Assembly: GCA_018985225.1 (NCBI GenBank)
Contig: JADGIF010000135.1
Coordinates: forward strand, 1 to 18,042
DNA length: 18,042 bases
Direction: 5' to 3'
DNA from: Amoeboradix gromovi X-113
Taxonomy: Eukaryota; Fungi; Sanchytriomycota
This document shows positions 9,021 to 18,042 of the stretch, in pieces. The translations under genes and the position numbers were made by a program. The notes under the pieces were generated by a model, which had not been told where the DNA came from, searched no databases, and saw only the letters and a program-made list of their open reading frames with translations. Position 1 is the first letter of the stretch, and each line of letters starts with the position of its first letter.

Positions 9021-9314
9021 ATCATTAATAAAAGATCTTCTATTATACCAATTTTCTTTCATTGATGGTATTCCTCTTTTTAAAATAAAAGTAGAAGACT
9101 CTGCATCTCGTTCAAACATGAAAGGTCTTTGAGCATCTAAGCAAAAGGTGCATTTTCTTAGACGGTATTCTTTTCTAGAGTCATTTTGTAATGTTATACT
9201 AACATCATTACTCTTATCTATTCTAGTTTTTACAGAGTTATAGTGATATTTTATTTGAAATAAAGATTGGATGAAAGAGTAAGATAATAGCTGTACAGAA
9301 TATTTATTTTCCTT
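8982..9314 (-). pseudogene. ATG-less 110-codon open frame resembling the TnpB/Fanzor C-terminus (Zn-finger half and RuvC-III)
   Basis: Hand translation: ...SRKEYRLRKCTFCLDAQRPFMFERDAESSTFILKRGIPSMKENWYNRRSFINDSTSSVWSTLKTS*. CxxC (9152-9141), RD (9110-9105) and IL..G resemble the family pattern CxxC...(D/N)RDxNAAxNILxxG, but the NAAxN part is degenerate. Confidence 0.5.
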
Positions 9315-9387
9315 TTATACTCGTCAACTCCGCAACTAGCTGAATGTCCACTCGCCTCTTAAATAATGCTCCAAGTTGTTACTGAAA

Positions 9388-9416
9388 GTTAGTCCAGTTT
9401 TTATATTTGATGTCCC
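9388..9416. repeat. Terminal inverted repeat (29 bp), right in window coordinates
   Basis: Inverse of 8958-8986 and 28/29 identical to 207-235. Confidence 0.92.
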
Positions 9417-9422
9417 TTTTGT

Positions 9423-12400
9423 TTATTCTGGTGCATCAATCTGTTGTGCCGATGTAGTTCTCTGAATTTGCGAATTACAATATTTGTCCGGTAGTAATAA
9501 CAAATATTTTTCCACACAATCCCTAAATCTTTTCTTGTACTGCTTAGGTGATATTATCGTTGGTTCTCTATTCTCCCCAATTAAGCTCCCTCCCTTCTCC
9601 TTGAACACTGTCTCTAATTTCTTATCCCAAGTATATGTCCTAATAAAATCTACTACTCCTATAACGAGATCATTCGTATCTTGTACAATGCCTATAAGTA
9701 TTGAATAATCCATGACATTCTGGCTCTGCAAAAACAAAGTGTCGTTCCATATGCTGGCTCTAATAACTTTCTTGGCGTGTTCTCTTATAAACAAGGGATG
9801 TTCTTGCATGCTTTCAATTAAATTTTCATCATAGAGAACCGGTTTGCTGCTATCTACATGTCTGTTTCTAAAACTACCTTTCAGATCAAATATTTTATTT
9901 ACTTTGCAGTTATAGAATATGTTTTCCATAACCACTACATTTAACTTGTTTGTTTGACCAGTTGTAGTATTTTTGTAGTTTATTTTATAGCATCCAAATA
10001 TCTTGGCCAATACCGTTGGTAATGCATACAAAGTAGCCCTACTCATGTATTCAAAGTAAAATGGTGCAAATCTTAAAAATGCTTCAAATTCATGTCTAGG
10101 TAAACTTTTTATTATAAACCTCTCATCAAGAGTTTTTAGGAACCATGACTTGCTCTTCCCTCCGACATTCTTCATCTCTTCACTTTTGATTAATGATGTA
10201 ATGTACCAGGTTTCTATCTCGCAATTTGTTCTGATTACCCTGAATTGTTTAGCATAGTAGATTGTTAAATCGAGTTTAATCTTGCCTGTGTTCTCTGTTA
10301 TTCTGGCATGATGTTGGATGTATAGTTTGTCATCATATTTGTCCATCGGAATATCCTCTTCCAGCTCGCTTTGCATCATATTCTTAAATGCTTGTAAGTC
10401 CTTCTCAATGTCATCTGGTATAGCCTGCAGTTGCTCGATGTACATCTTATGGTTCAGTCCAAATGCAATAACGCTAGTTATCTCCTCATCCAATATCATT
10501 ATGCTACTATCGGGAGAGTAATACTCGTTGTCGCTTAGACGGATTTCTATTTTATCCAAAACAATATCCATCATGAAGCTGCTAGGTTTAACATCATCAT
10601 CGTCATCGTGCAAAGGGTATTGTTTGCCCAATTCTGGCAGATGCAAAACTTTGGTATCTAAATCTGCATCTGTATCCACGTCTGCATCAATTTTGCCCAT
10701 GGTGTTCAGTATATCGCTCTCTAGCTCATCTACAACGTCCATCAGGTGCTGTCCTGGAGAATGTCCCAGTTTAGGGAACGCTATCATTACCCTGTTAGTA
10801 TTGGTTGTCGTGTACCTGTTATAGCTCTTATTATAATACTTTGTAGGTGCAAATTGATTGCTGTAATCATGAATCATTTTCAACAACCTGGCCGTTGTTG
10901 GCGTAGTTGTTGGACTATTTGTAGTAGGAGTGCTACTATTAGTTTGCAAGGTCAAATAGAGTGTCAACTTGTTTATAATCTGGTTCCACTCTTCTGCCTT
11001 GTTATACAAAACATGCATGTATTTACACACACTGTTTACATCATTCATTTCACTGTTCTTGTACACAAATTGCAAATCCATAAGCGTGGTTGCGCATTCT
11101 ATCCTAGCCTTGTGAATCAAATCATAGAATTCTAATTGACATTGCTCTACCAACTCAACGTTAATTCGACTGATTAGACTTGCAAGATTATTGTTGAGAT
11201 GCAGATTCAAATCAGCATAGAACTGTATGCATTTGTCTTTTATGATGCGCGTAGTTTGATTTTTGAGCACATGGTGCAGCTGTAAATTGAATTTAGGTTT
11301 GATGTCGGGGATAATGACCCTGAATGGGTGTATCTTACTGGTGTGGAACCGAATCAAACAGCTGTCAAATAGAAAGTACTTGTCATGCAGCTGCATAATA
11401 TTATGATCGCAGCACGAATACCAAGACTGGTTATAATACAGCAACTCCAGGTACTTGCCAAATGAGTATTTCCACGTTAAGTCATTCATTAATTGGATTT
11501 TGGAACGTGTAAGACATAAAGTGCATATGGTGTACATTTCTATAACTCCTGGAGGGCTGGACTGAATGCTAATATTTGGGGTGGAAGGACTAGCGGGTGG
11601 TGTACTGCTTCCAGAAGGTATTTTGGTACTCGAAACACTGATCTTATAATTGTTGTGACAATAACTCTTGTTTATTGAATCTGACTTACTTTCGAATACC
11701 ACATCTTCTATATACTGACCAAGAGTAGTATCTGTAGATGTAAAATAATCAATGTGCAGCAACTCTGGGGGCTTTAGGTGATTACTTGCCATAAACAACA
11801 CGTATATGTTAAGGTGATATAAAGGGCTCGGTTTAAAGTCCATCTCCAACACCGAGTTAATGTTTGATTTGATTCGATCAAATTGCTTGATGAGTTGTAT
11901 GTCAGTATCGGGTCCATCAATTCCCGCTAGTACCATGTTTAAGTCGTGTTTATATTGATTGAGCAAGTTAGGTATTCCAAAATGAACATTAGGACTGGTT
12001 GAAATCAAGTTATTGTGCGCCTCTATTTTGCGATATAACAACGCTTGCAATTCAAGCACTTTGTCTAATGTGATAGTCGATGAAGACAAAACAGGCTGGT
12101 TGTTGTTTATTATCAAATTATCAGATTTAAAATCAAATGTTTCGCAACTTGTAGATTCTACAACGTGAGCTTCCAGATCAAGTAGCAATGAGTGCTCTAA
12201 TCTCAATGAATAGGCAGCTAGTATTAAATACTTTAATGTCTTTTTGACGTTTGAATGTGGCTCAATGTTGGGCCAGTGCAATAATATAGTGCAACCGCTT
12301 TTAGATTTACAGTGCTTTAGAAATATCAACGATTTCTTGTTTCCACTTTTATAATCAACTACCATTTCGACGTTAAATGAACCGCAAGTGCCCAGAGTAG

Positions 12401-13523
12401 GGTTCAGGGCCAATCTATCAATACTAGTAATTATATCAGCATTGGTAATGCGACTGATGTCTTTGATAACTTTTAACTTCACTTTATAAATCAGGGTAAT
12501 GTTTAGCTGTAGCAGCATATCAACAACTAGTCTACTAACAGAATCACTGCATATCAGAATGTTAGGCCCTAAAGACGCTATGCGTTGCACAAGCTTTGTT
12601 AGAAACTCCTTTTCCAAGTGAAGTAGATTTTCTAAGCTCGTAAATTCTTTTTTATAAAAGTTAAGTGGAAATGCAACAAGAAGGATGTTAGGAGCAATGA
12701 AAGAAGTTTGCATCCTATTGTGAGCAATGTACTTTGTGAAAACATAGGCGTCTATCACTTGCGATTGTTGGAAGCCACCAAGACAGGATTTGATCTTGAT
12801 AACTTCACGAATATCAGTGACATTAGGCAGATCCACCATCTTACTGGCCATCCAAGATATATCACAAGCAATTTTAGAACTTAAATGTGAGTTGAACAGT
12901 TGAAAACCAAGAGCTGAAAGATGGTGTTTACTTATGTCGTCCATATCATTGGGGTCATAAACTGATGAATGAGAAGAGATGGACCTTCTTCGCAGAGAGA
13001 TGTTTGACCTGCTGGAAGCCGATCTACGTAGTTGAAGGTCGTATGTGATAACTTCAGGCTCATTAACATTTTGAAACGACAAAAAAGGTTCAGAAGTATC
13101 ACTACCGCTGTCACTACTATAAACATCAAACGTCTCAACTGATGAATTGCGATGCAAGGAAACAGGCATTACACCTTGCTCCACTATAGGCTTTGGTATG
13201 TTACGAAAGCATTCTAAGCAAATGCGAACAGGCCCATTGAATCCAAACTGTGAACCAGGTATATGCAGGGTGCATGTATGACAATATATCCTGCCGCAAA
13301 GCCTGCAATGGTGTTTCCTTCTAAAAGTGGTGAATTGGTTGTTGCAAGAGAAACAATAGTCAATCATTTCATCGTTAACCCAGAATGAAGTGTCTTCTGC
13401 TTTTCTAAATATAAAGTTGCGCAACGTTTCTTTATTTTCCTTTTTTTCCTTGAGGATTTTGACTTTGCTTAAGAGATCCCGGACAGAGAGTTTTCTGTTT
13501 AATCTTTGGTTAGAGTTAGACAT
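9423..13523 (-). CDS. FAB1: 1-phosphatidylinositol-3-phosphate 5-kinase Fab1/PIKfyve
   Basis: FYVE (WVND..CFSC..RRKHHCRLCGRIYC), CCT/TCP1-like domain, TWKYSFGKYLEL region, and C-terminal PIPK (GGKSKSWF..TLDERFIIK, FDLKGS, MDYS, VDFIRTYTWDKKLE). Confidence 0.96.
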   Translation of the reverse strand: MSNSNQRLNRKLSVRDLLSKVKILKEKKENKETLRNFIFRKAEDTSFWVNDEMIDYCFSCNNQFTTFRRKHHCRLCGRIYCHTCTLHIPGSQFGFNGPVRICLECFRNIPKPIVEQGVMPVSLHRNSSVETFDVYSSDSGSDTSEPFLSFQNVNEPEVITYDLQLRRSASSRSNISLRRRSISSHSSVYDPNDMDDISKHHLSALGFQLFNSHLSSKIACDISWMASKMVDLPNVTDIREVIKIKSCLGGFQQSQVIDAYVFTKYIAHNRMQTSFIAPNILLVAFPLNFYKKEFTSLENLLHLEKEFLTKLVQRIASLGPNILICSDSVSRLVVDMLLQLNITLIYKVKLKVIKDISRITNADIITSIDRLALNPTLGTCGSFNVEMVVDYKSGNKKSLIFLKHCKSKSGCTILLHWPNIEPHSNVKKTLKYLILAAYSLRLEHSLLLDLEAHVVESTSCETFDFKSDNLIINNNQPVLSSSTITLDKVLELQALLYRKIEAHNNLISTSPNVHFGIPNLLNQYKHDLNMVLAGIDGPDTDIQLIKQFDRIKSNINSVLEMDFKPSPLYHLNIYVLFMASNHLKPPELLHIDYFTSTDTTLGQYIEDVVFESKSDSINKSYCHNNYKISVSSTKIPSGSSTPPASPSTPNISIQSSPPGVIEMYTICTLCLTRSKIQLMNDLTWKYSFGKYLELLYYNQSWYSCCDHNIMQLHDKYFLFDSCLIRFHTSKIHPFRVIIPDIKPKFNLQLHHVLKNQTTRIIKDKCIQFYADLNLHLNNNLASLISRINVELVEQCQLEFYDLIHKARIECATTLMDLQFVYKNSEMNDVNSVCKYMHVLYNKAEEWNQIINKLTLYLTLQTNSSTPTTNSPTTTPTTARLLKMIHDYSNQFAPTKYYNKSYNRYTTTNTNRVMIAFPKLGHSPGQHLMDVVDELESDILNTMGKIDADVDTDADLDTKVLHLPELGKQYPLHDDDDDVKPSSFMMDIVLDKIEIRLSDNEYYSPDSSIMILDEEITSVIAFGLNHKMYIEQLQAIPDDIEKDLQAFKNMMQSELEEDIPMDKYDDKLYIQHHARITENTGKIKLDLTIYYAKQFRVIRTNCEIETWYITSLIKSEEMKNVGGKSKSWFLKTLDERFIIKSLPRHEFEAFLRFAPFYFEYMSRATLYALPTVLAKIFGCYKINYKNTTTGQTNKLNVVVMENIFYNCKVNKIFDLKGSFRNRHVDSSKPVLYDENLIESMQEHPLFIREHAKKVIRASIWNDTLFLQSQNVMDYSILIGIVQDTNDLVIGVVDFIRTYTWDKKLETVFKEKGGSLIGENREPTIISPKQYKKRFRDCVEKYLLLLPDKYCNSQIQRTTSAQQIDAPE

Positions 13524-14422
13524 GTTTCAAAATATATATATTTTGGGACTGACTTTGCGAAAATGGCCCCAACTACAAGCTGGAGATTTACCTGCAAGAC
13601 TACCTCATAGCACTAGCCCATTCAGATGTTTTACCACCTAATTTGATTTCATGCGTAGTTGAATAACTATGTGCATGTTTATATTGATAGCAGCGTTGTT
13701 ATCCAAACAGATGCTTTGGTATAGCGTTGACCCGACCAAACACTTCGAGCGATATTATGTATGAACATGTTCTCTTCAACTCTTGCTCGCAGAAAACGCA
13801 TAGCTTAACTGTTTTGAACTCAGCAACGATAATAGCTTACAGTACTCTGCCAATAGTAAATCAGCTTTACTGCCGAATTTCTGGTGACGAGATTCTTGCA
13901 GCCATCTCCCAAGTAAATCGCTCTATCTTTCCACTCGTATATTCAACAATGAGCCCTCCTCAACTAAAAGAATCTTGTGATGTACACTCAAGGAGATATA
14001 ATGCAGGAATAAGCGATAAGATTGTTAAGCCTCCCAGCACTATGTCTATGATCGACTACTTGCTTCACAAATAACTTGATTGTCAGATTTCTCATGATTT
14101 TTATAATGCTTGTTGTTCGAGTTGCATGGAGACCGAAAAGATCGGAATGCAGTTTGTTTTGTTGTAATGGATCTAGGATGGTGACGCAATTCGGAAAATA
14201 CTAATAGAGAACTGCTACTTATGCTATACATTTTTGAACCAATTTAAGATGTAACTAACGTAAAAGAAACAAGAGGTATGGCTATAAGTACTGAAGCTCT
14301 ACTATAAAGCAATTAAGAGGTACTCAATTCATTATCAAACATCTACCGAGGGTGCTGTCAGGTCTTGGCTAAGTCATTCCCCCAAGGTTTGTCTCAATTT
14401 TCATCAACACAAAGGAGAGAAT

Positions 14423-15307
14423 ATGGAAGCCAATGCCAAAGGAACAGATATAGCACCATCGCATCCAGAAAGGGTTACTATTTCAGATATTAAAGAGAGT
14501 CTAAAGAGAGCAGAGATCAATCTCGAGGCAAATAGAACTACTTACGAAAATGAGCCGGAGTATCTATTGGCAAGTGCTAATATCTGTATGGATTATCACA
14601 ACAAGTCACAATTCGCAGATATGGGTGCAGAGGTTCTGAACGCTAGGGTTTTTGCCAAGTTATCAGAAGCCACCAGTATTGGTGTGTCCAACTTAAAGAT
14701 GGGAGATACTGAAATTAAACCCCAAGATTTGGGATTATTATACTCAAGTATGGAAAATTCAGAGTTCGGACTACACATAAATAAAACCAGAATGTATCTT
14801 TGTGATCACATTTGGAAAAACGTTTTCTTGGATAGGAACTCAGAGCCTGCAAATTCCAAAATTAAATCTTCGCAAGGCAATAAAAAATTGGATCTTCAGA
14901 GTGAAGTCGACGAGGATAACATGCAGGAGACAGCTGAATCAATTACGAAGGATAATTTCTTCATAGAGTCTTCTCATTATGTTAGAAAAGTTAAGGAGTG
15001 TCTTCAAATTCACGCCGTGCAACCTATATCCTTGTTTGATTTTGCATTCGACCCTGAAAGCTTTTCCAAGACAGTTGAGAACTTGTATTATATTAGTTTT
15101 CTTGTTAGGGATGGGAATTGCAAAATTACACAAACGGATGATATGATTTACATTCAAAACAGTATGTCCAAGGCTACAAAGGATGACTTTAGCAAAGGAT
15201 TTAAGAGGAAGTCATTTATTTTAACTCTAGAGACTCAGCAGTGGAGAGGAATTATCAGCAAATATGGAATTGAGTCCTCCATTATACCCAGCAATTTGGA
15301 TAATTAG
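14423..15307 (+). CDS. NSE4: SMC5/6 complex kleisin Nse4
   Basis: Nse4 C-terminal signature ISLFDFAFDPESFSKTVENLYYISFLVRDG and terminal QWRGIISKYGIESSIIP. Confidence 0.88.
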   Translation: MEANAKGTDIAPSHPERVTISDIKESLKRAEINLEANRTTYENEPEYLLASANICMDYHNKSQFADMGAEVLNARVFAKLSEATSIGVSNLKMGDTEIKPQDLGLLYSSMENSEFGLHINKTRMYLCDHIWKNVFLDRNSEPANSKIKSSQGNKKLDLQSEVDEDNMQETAESITKDNFFIESSHYVRKVKECLQIHAVQPISLFDFAFDPESFSKTVENLYYISFLVRDGNCKITQTDDMIYIQNSMSKATKDDFSKGFKRKSFILTLETQQWRGIISKYGIESSIIPSNLDN

Positions 15308-15314
15308 GAATCAT

Positions 15315-16079
15315 TCAGTAAACATTGGTTCTTTTCAATCTAACAGGTATCCCTCTTAGAAATTCGTGCAGCGTTATTGATTCCTTTTTGTTGTATAAAC
15401 TAAACTTTATTAACTCAATTTCCATGCTATTTACACTGCGAACAAAGTGCCTCTTTATCATGCTTATCGATGGATAGCATGAAAAGAATACAACCTCCCC
15501 AATTTCTTCTTTACATTCGAATTGAGTTTTCAAGAGAGATATCAAAAAGGTTGCAGATAACTGAAGGAACAAGAACTCAAACAACACATACACAGAGTAC
15601 AAATAAAATACGAGTACAGTCGGAAATGCTTGCAAAAACGGAACAAATATTATGGTGCCCAGTACGAGTTGATCAGTTTCAAAGAATTGAGTTTCAGTTC
15701 TATTTTTGAGAATGTTATATCTTTTAGATCTAAACAACAAGGACAGTGAATATAAAGCAGTTACAAACAGCCTATATATTCTGGCCATCACTATATAGAA
15801 CAAATAGTGACCAACGTATATCAAAAACAACAACTCAACAATGAATATCAAGCCAAAATCAAAACCAAGTAGAAACCCAATGTTGAGTATATCAACGTGT
15901 TCGGGAGTATATGCCGTACTCCATTTAAACAAGTTCACAAAGAAAACACTTAGTTCAGTATTTAATTTAATATTAAACGGATTGTTACCCAGATATTCCA
16001 TAGCATATTCATGATGTACTAATGAGTATGACACAGGAAAGCTAAAATACATCATCCAGCCTAAAATAAAATTTATCAT
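15315..16079 (-). CDS. GPI1: GPI-GlcNAc transferase subunit Gpi1/PIG-Q (short, core only)
   Basis: P..IKLNTELS.F and LYSLSLLFRSKRYNILKNR.....DQLVLGTIIF..PTVLVFY match the Gpi1 core. Multiple hydrophobic segments. Confidence 0.88.
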   Translation of the reverse strand: MINFILGWMMYFSFPVSYSLVHHEYAMEYLGNNPFNIKLNTELSVFFVNLFKWSTAYTPEHVDILNIGFLLGFDFGLIFIVELLFLIYVGHYLFYIVMARIYRLFVTALYSLSLLFRSKRYNILKNRTETQFFETDQLVLGTIIFVPFLQAFPTVLVFYLYSVYVLFEFLFLQLSATFLISLLKTQFECKEEIGEVVFFSCYPSISMIKRHFVRSVNSMEIELIKFSLYNKKESITLHEFLRGIPVRLKRTNVY

Positions 16080-16150
16080 GGTAATAACCCGTGTGTTTTA
16101 ATGAGCTTTTTATCAACAGTAAAATTTAGGGGTATTTTAACACTTTTGGT

Positions 16151-17237
16151 ATGAGTCAGTCGACGGCACTAATATTTCAAGATGAGATAGACTCTGAAAG
16201 CGTTAGATTTGTGCACTGCACCAATGATGGAACTAAATCCAGTATTATTCTTTTGAACGCTCTTAAAGCCATATTTCAAAAGCAACTTCCAAACATGCCT
16301 GGCGCTTACATCAGCAAAGTGGTTTATGACAGAAGTCATAACAGCATGCTCCTGCTAAAGAAGGAAGACACTGTTATCGGCGGAATATGTTATAAACCAT
16401 TTTTGCATCGCCGATTTGTTGAAATAGTTTTTGCTGCTGTAAAATCGAGCGAACAAGTCAAAGGGTACGGTTCTGCTATAATGAATCATTTGAAGACTCA
16501 AGTTAAAAATCTGGGGGATTATAGATATTTAATCACTTGTACTTCACGTTAACTTAGATGCAGACAATTATGCTATTGGGTACTTTAAAAAACAAGGATT
16601 CACCCAAGACTTTGGAGTACTTGACGAAAGGGTATGGAAAGGATACATCAAGGACTATGAGGGCGCTAATCCAATGGTTTGCGTTTTGATCCCGAAAGTC
16701 GATTACCTTGCAATAAAAGAAGATTTAGAAATTCAAAAACAAACACTGGACAACATTATATGTCAAATATCCTCACAAAAGACTAGGTATAAGGGCTTAG
16801 ATTTCAGTAAAGGACCTATTGATCCAATGCTTATACCCGGTGTCAGAGAATCAGGTTGGACCAAAGAGATTTCTGAAAACCACGCCATAAAATCAAAAAG
16901 AGTAAATTTGAACCTGTTCATGCAACTTTTAGACGATCTCAGGAACCACCACTCTGCATGGCCATTTACGAAACCTGTGGATGGAAATACAGTAAAGGAT
17001 TATTACACTTTGATAACAAATCCAATGGATCTTGAAAAGTTAGCATCAAAAGTAACAGGAAATGAGTATATTAGCATCGAGGCATTCAAAAGAGATGTGC
17101 AGCTGATATTTGATAATTGCAGACTCTACAACAGCAAAGACACTGCGTACTACAAGTGTGCTGTTGGATTAGAGAAATTTTTTAATGAGCAATTAATAAA
17201 GAGAGGTAAAAAGGAAGAAATAGCTGGACACAAATAA
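16151..17237 (+). CDS. GCN5: Histone acetyltransferase Gcn5 (HAT and bromodomain); exons 16151-16538 and 16558-17237, 355 aa
   Basis: FQKQLPNMP..YI, IGGICY, EIVF.AV..EQVKGYG. Splicing restores TYADNYAIGYFKKQGF, followed by GYIKDYEG. Bromodomain AWPF.KPV..DYY..ITNPMDL..NCRLYN. Confidence 0.97.
16539..16557 (+). other. 19-nt spliceosomal intron (gtacttcacgttaacttag)
   Basis: ACT T|GT...TTAACTTAG|AT GCA GAC AAT. Exact removal rebuilds the conserved Gcn5 T-Y-A-D-N motif and the downstream frame. Confidence 0.93.
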
Positions 17238-17292
17238 GTAAATACCATTTTAAATTTATTAAATTGATCGGGTTTTTGTTTCCAAACTTAGA

Positions 17293-17649
17293 CTAAATTA
17301 CATACATAACTTTGTGCCTTTTGACAATATTTAATTGTTTATAATAATAAACAAGCATTGACACATAAATCACAGATACAAATAGAACAATTAAGATAAA
17401 AATGCTTTTCTCAAGAGGCCTGTAATCTAAATCTAAACATAAGAGGACTAGAGTAGATATCATACCAATGATGAACAATGAGATGGTAATTTTAACATTT
17501 CTTTGGGTTCTAACAGTAAGCAAACCAGCACCAATGGTCGTAGTAATTAGTAATGGGAATACTTGAATCATTTCTGAAATTGAGAATAGCAAGAAAGCTA
17601 CCAGTATCATGAACAATGCAAACGCAGATTTTTGAAGTTTGTCTATCAT
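17293..17649 (-). CDS. Hypothetical small multi-pass membrane protein (about 4 hydrophobic segments)
   Basis: 118-aa ATG ORF filling the gap between genes, with four hydrophobic stretches and a basic tail. No family recognised. Confidence 0.55.
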   Translation of the reverse strand: MIDKLQKSAFALFMILVAFLLFSISEMIQVFPLLITTTIGAGLLTVRTQRNVKITISLFIIGMISTLVLLCLDLDYRPLEKSIFILIVLFVSVIYVSMLVYYYKQLNIVKRHKVMYVI

Positions 17650-17669
17650 ATGTTTTAAGAATTACATCA

Positions 17670-18042
17670 ATGAATCATAGCTTTAACAATCTAAAATACG
17701 ATATGGCAATATCACACGTTTGTTTGAAGAATCAGAGACCGGATACGAAGGATAATGCGGATAAAGGGATATCAAAAGACATTGAAAGGAGACAGATTAC
17801 CGATCTAATCAAAAAGAATGTTAGTCATGATCAAGTTCTAGTATACCATGATACACTGCAGGGCAAGATAGTGTATGGCCGATATCTGGTGCTGATTAAG
17901 CAATACGACCAAGCTTTTGAATTGTTCTTGACTCTACCAGAATGCTGCGAGTTCTAAGTAGCTGTATGCGAAAACTACCTAGGTCATGTTGACACGAGTC
18001 TGTACAGGTGCCAAAAGCTAGGCAACTTGCAGAGCACTATGT
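17670..18042 (+). CDS. TPR-like hypothetical gene, interrupted by TAA at 17955-17957, runs off the window
   Basis: YGRYLVLIKQYDQAFELF looks TPR-like. The same frame continues past the TAA as VAVCENYLGHVDTSLYRCQKLGNLQSTM to the window end. Could be a pseudogene or be spliced. Confidence 0.4.

Larger units (their letters stand above)
8958..9416 (-). mobile_element. 459-bp non-autonomous TIR DNA transposon, candidate Fanzor/TnpB deletion derivative
   Basis: TIRs gggacaccaaatataaaaactagactaac (8958-8986) and gttagtccagtttttatatttgatgtccc (9388-9416) match at 27/29. tttt on both sides (8954-8957, 9417-9420) is a possible 4-bp target site duplication (TSD). A second copy lies at 1-235. Confidence refers to the transposon call. 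Confidence 0.88.

Noticed and set aside
8958-9416. Assignment of the element to piggyBac, Harbinger, Merlin or Helitron
   Set aside because: Termini are GGG...CCC with tttt flanks. There is no TTAA, TWA or 8-9 bp duplication, and TIRs argue against a Helitron. The superfamily stays unassigned, and Sola2 is only a suggestion.
3401-15709. Numerous 60-130 aa ORFs opposite or nested in the formin, Mer3-like, FAB1, NSE4 and GPI1 genes
   Set aside because: They overlap well-supported genes, have no recognisable motifs, and many start at non-ATG codons.
16080-16150. AAATTT and GGG/CCC motifs as microsporidia-type promoter signals
   Set aside because: Not consistently positioned before the other start codons and expected by chance in AT-rich DNA.
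17293-17310. Possible 18-nt intron gttatgtatgtaatttag at the end of the small membrane gene
   Set aside because: The acceptor fits but the donor is non-consensus, and splicing would run the frame about 80 nt antisense into GCN5.
1170-17957. TAA/TAG reassigned to Gln (as in some aphelids and ciliates) to explain in-frame stops
   Set aside because: Long genes rich in CAA/CAG contain no internal TAR, conserved genes end at TAA, TAG and TGA, and the breaks in conserved genes are explained by GT-AG introns.

Overview
AT-rich, very gene-dense eukaryotic DNA in the standard genetic code, with fungal-type genes; an early-diverging, reduced fungal or holomycotan genome is inferred but not proven. Genes in order: Nup57/Nup54-like FG nucleoporin (+), verprolin/WIP (-), a Diaphanous-related formin (+), a catalytically degenerate Mer3/HFM1-like protein lacking its second RecA domain (-), FAB1/PIKfyve (-), a ~0.9 kb unexplained gap, NSE4 (+), GPI1/PIG-Q (-), GCN5 (+), a small membrane protein (-) and a TPR-like gene running off the end (+). 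Three genes are split in the ORF track by ultra-short GT-AG introns of 19, 19 and 21 nt, and removing them restores conserved motifs. The main find is a 459-bp element at 8958-9416 with 29-bp terminal inverted repeats (TIRs) and TTTT on both flanks, plus a second, partial copy at 1-235. On the minus strand it carries an ATG-less open frame resembling the C-terminus of TnpB/Fanzor (CxxC followed by an RD motif), and it ends in stem-loops directly next to host flank. Both copies share the same 8-nt upstream flank. Together this looks like a non-autonomous Fanzor 'ghost' locus (omegaRNA scaffold, flank-derived guide and TAM). That assignment is an inference from motifs and needs profile searches.
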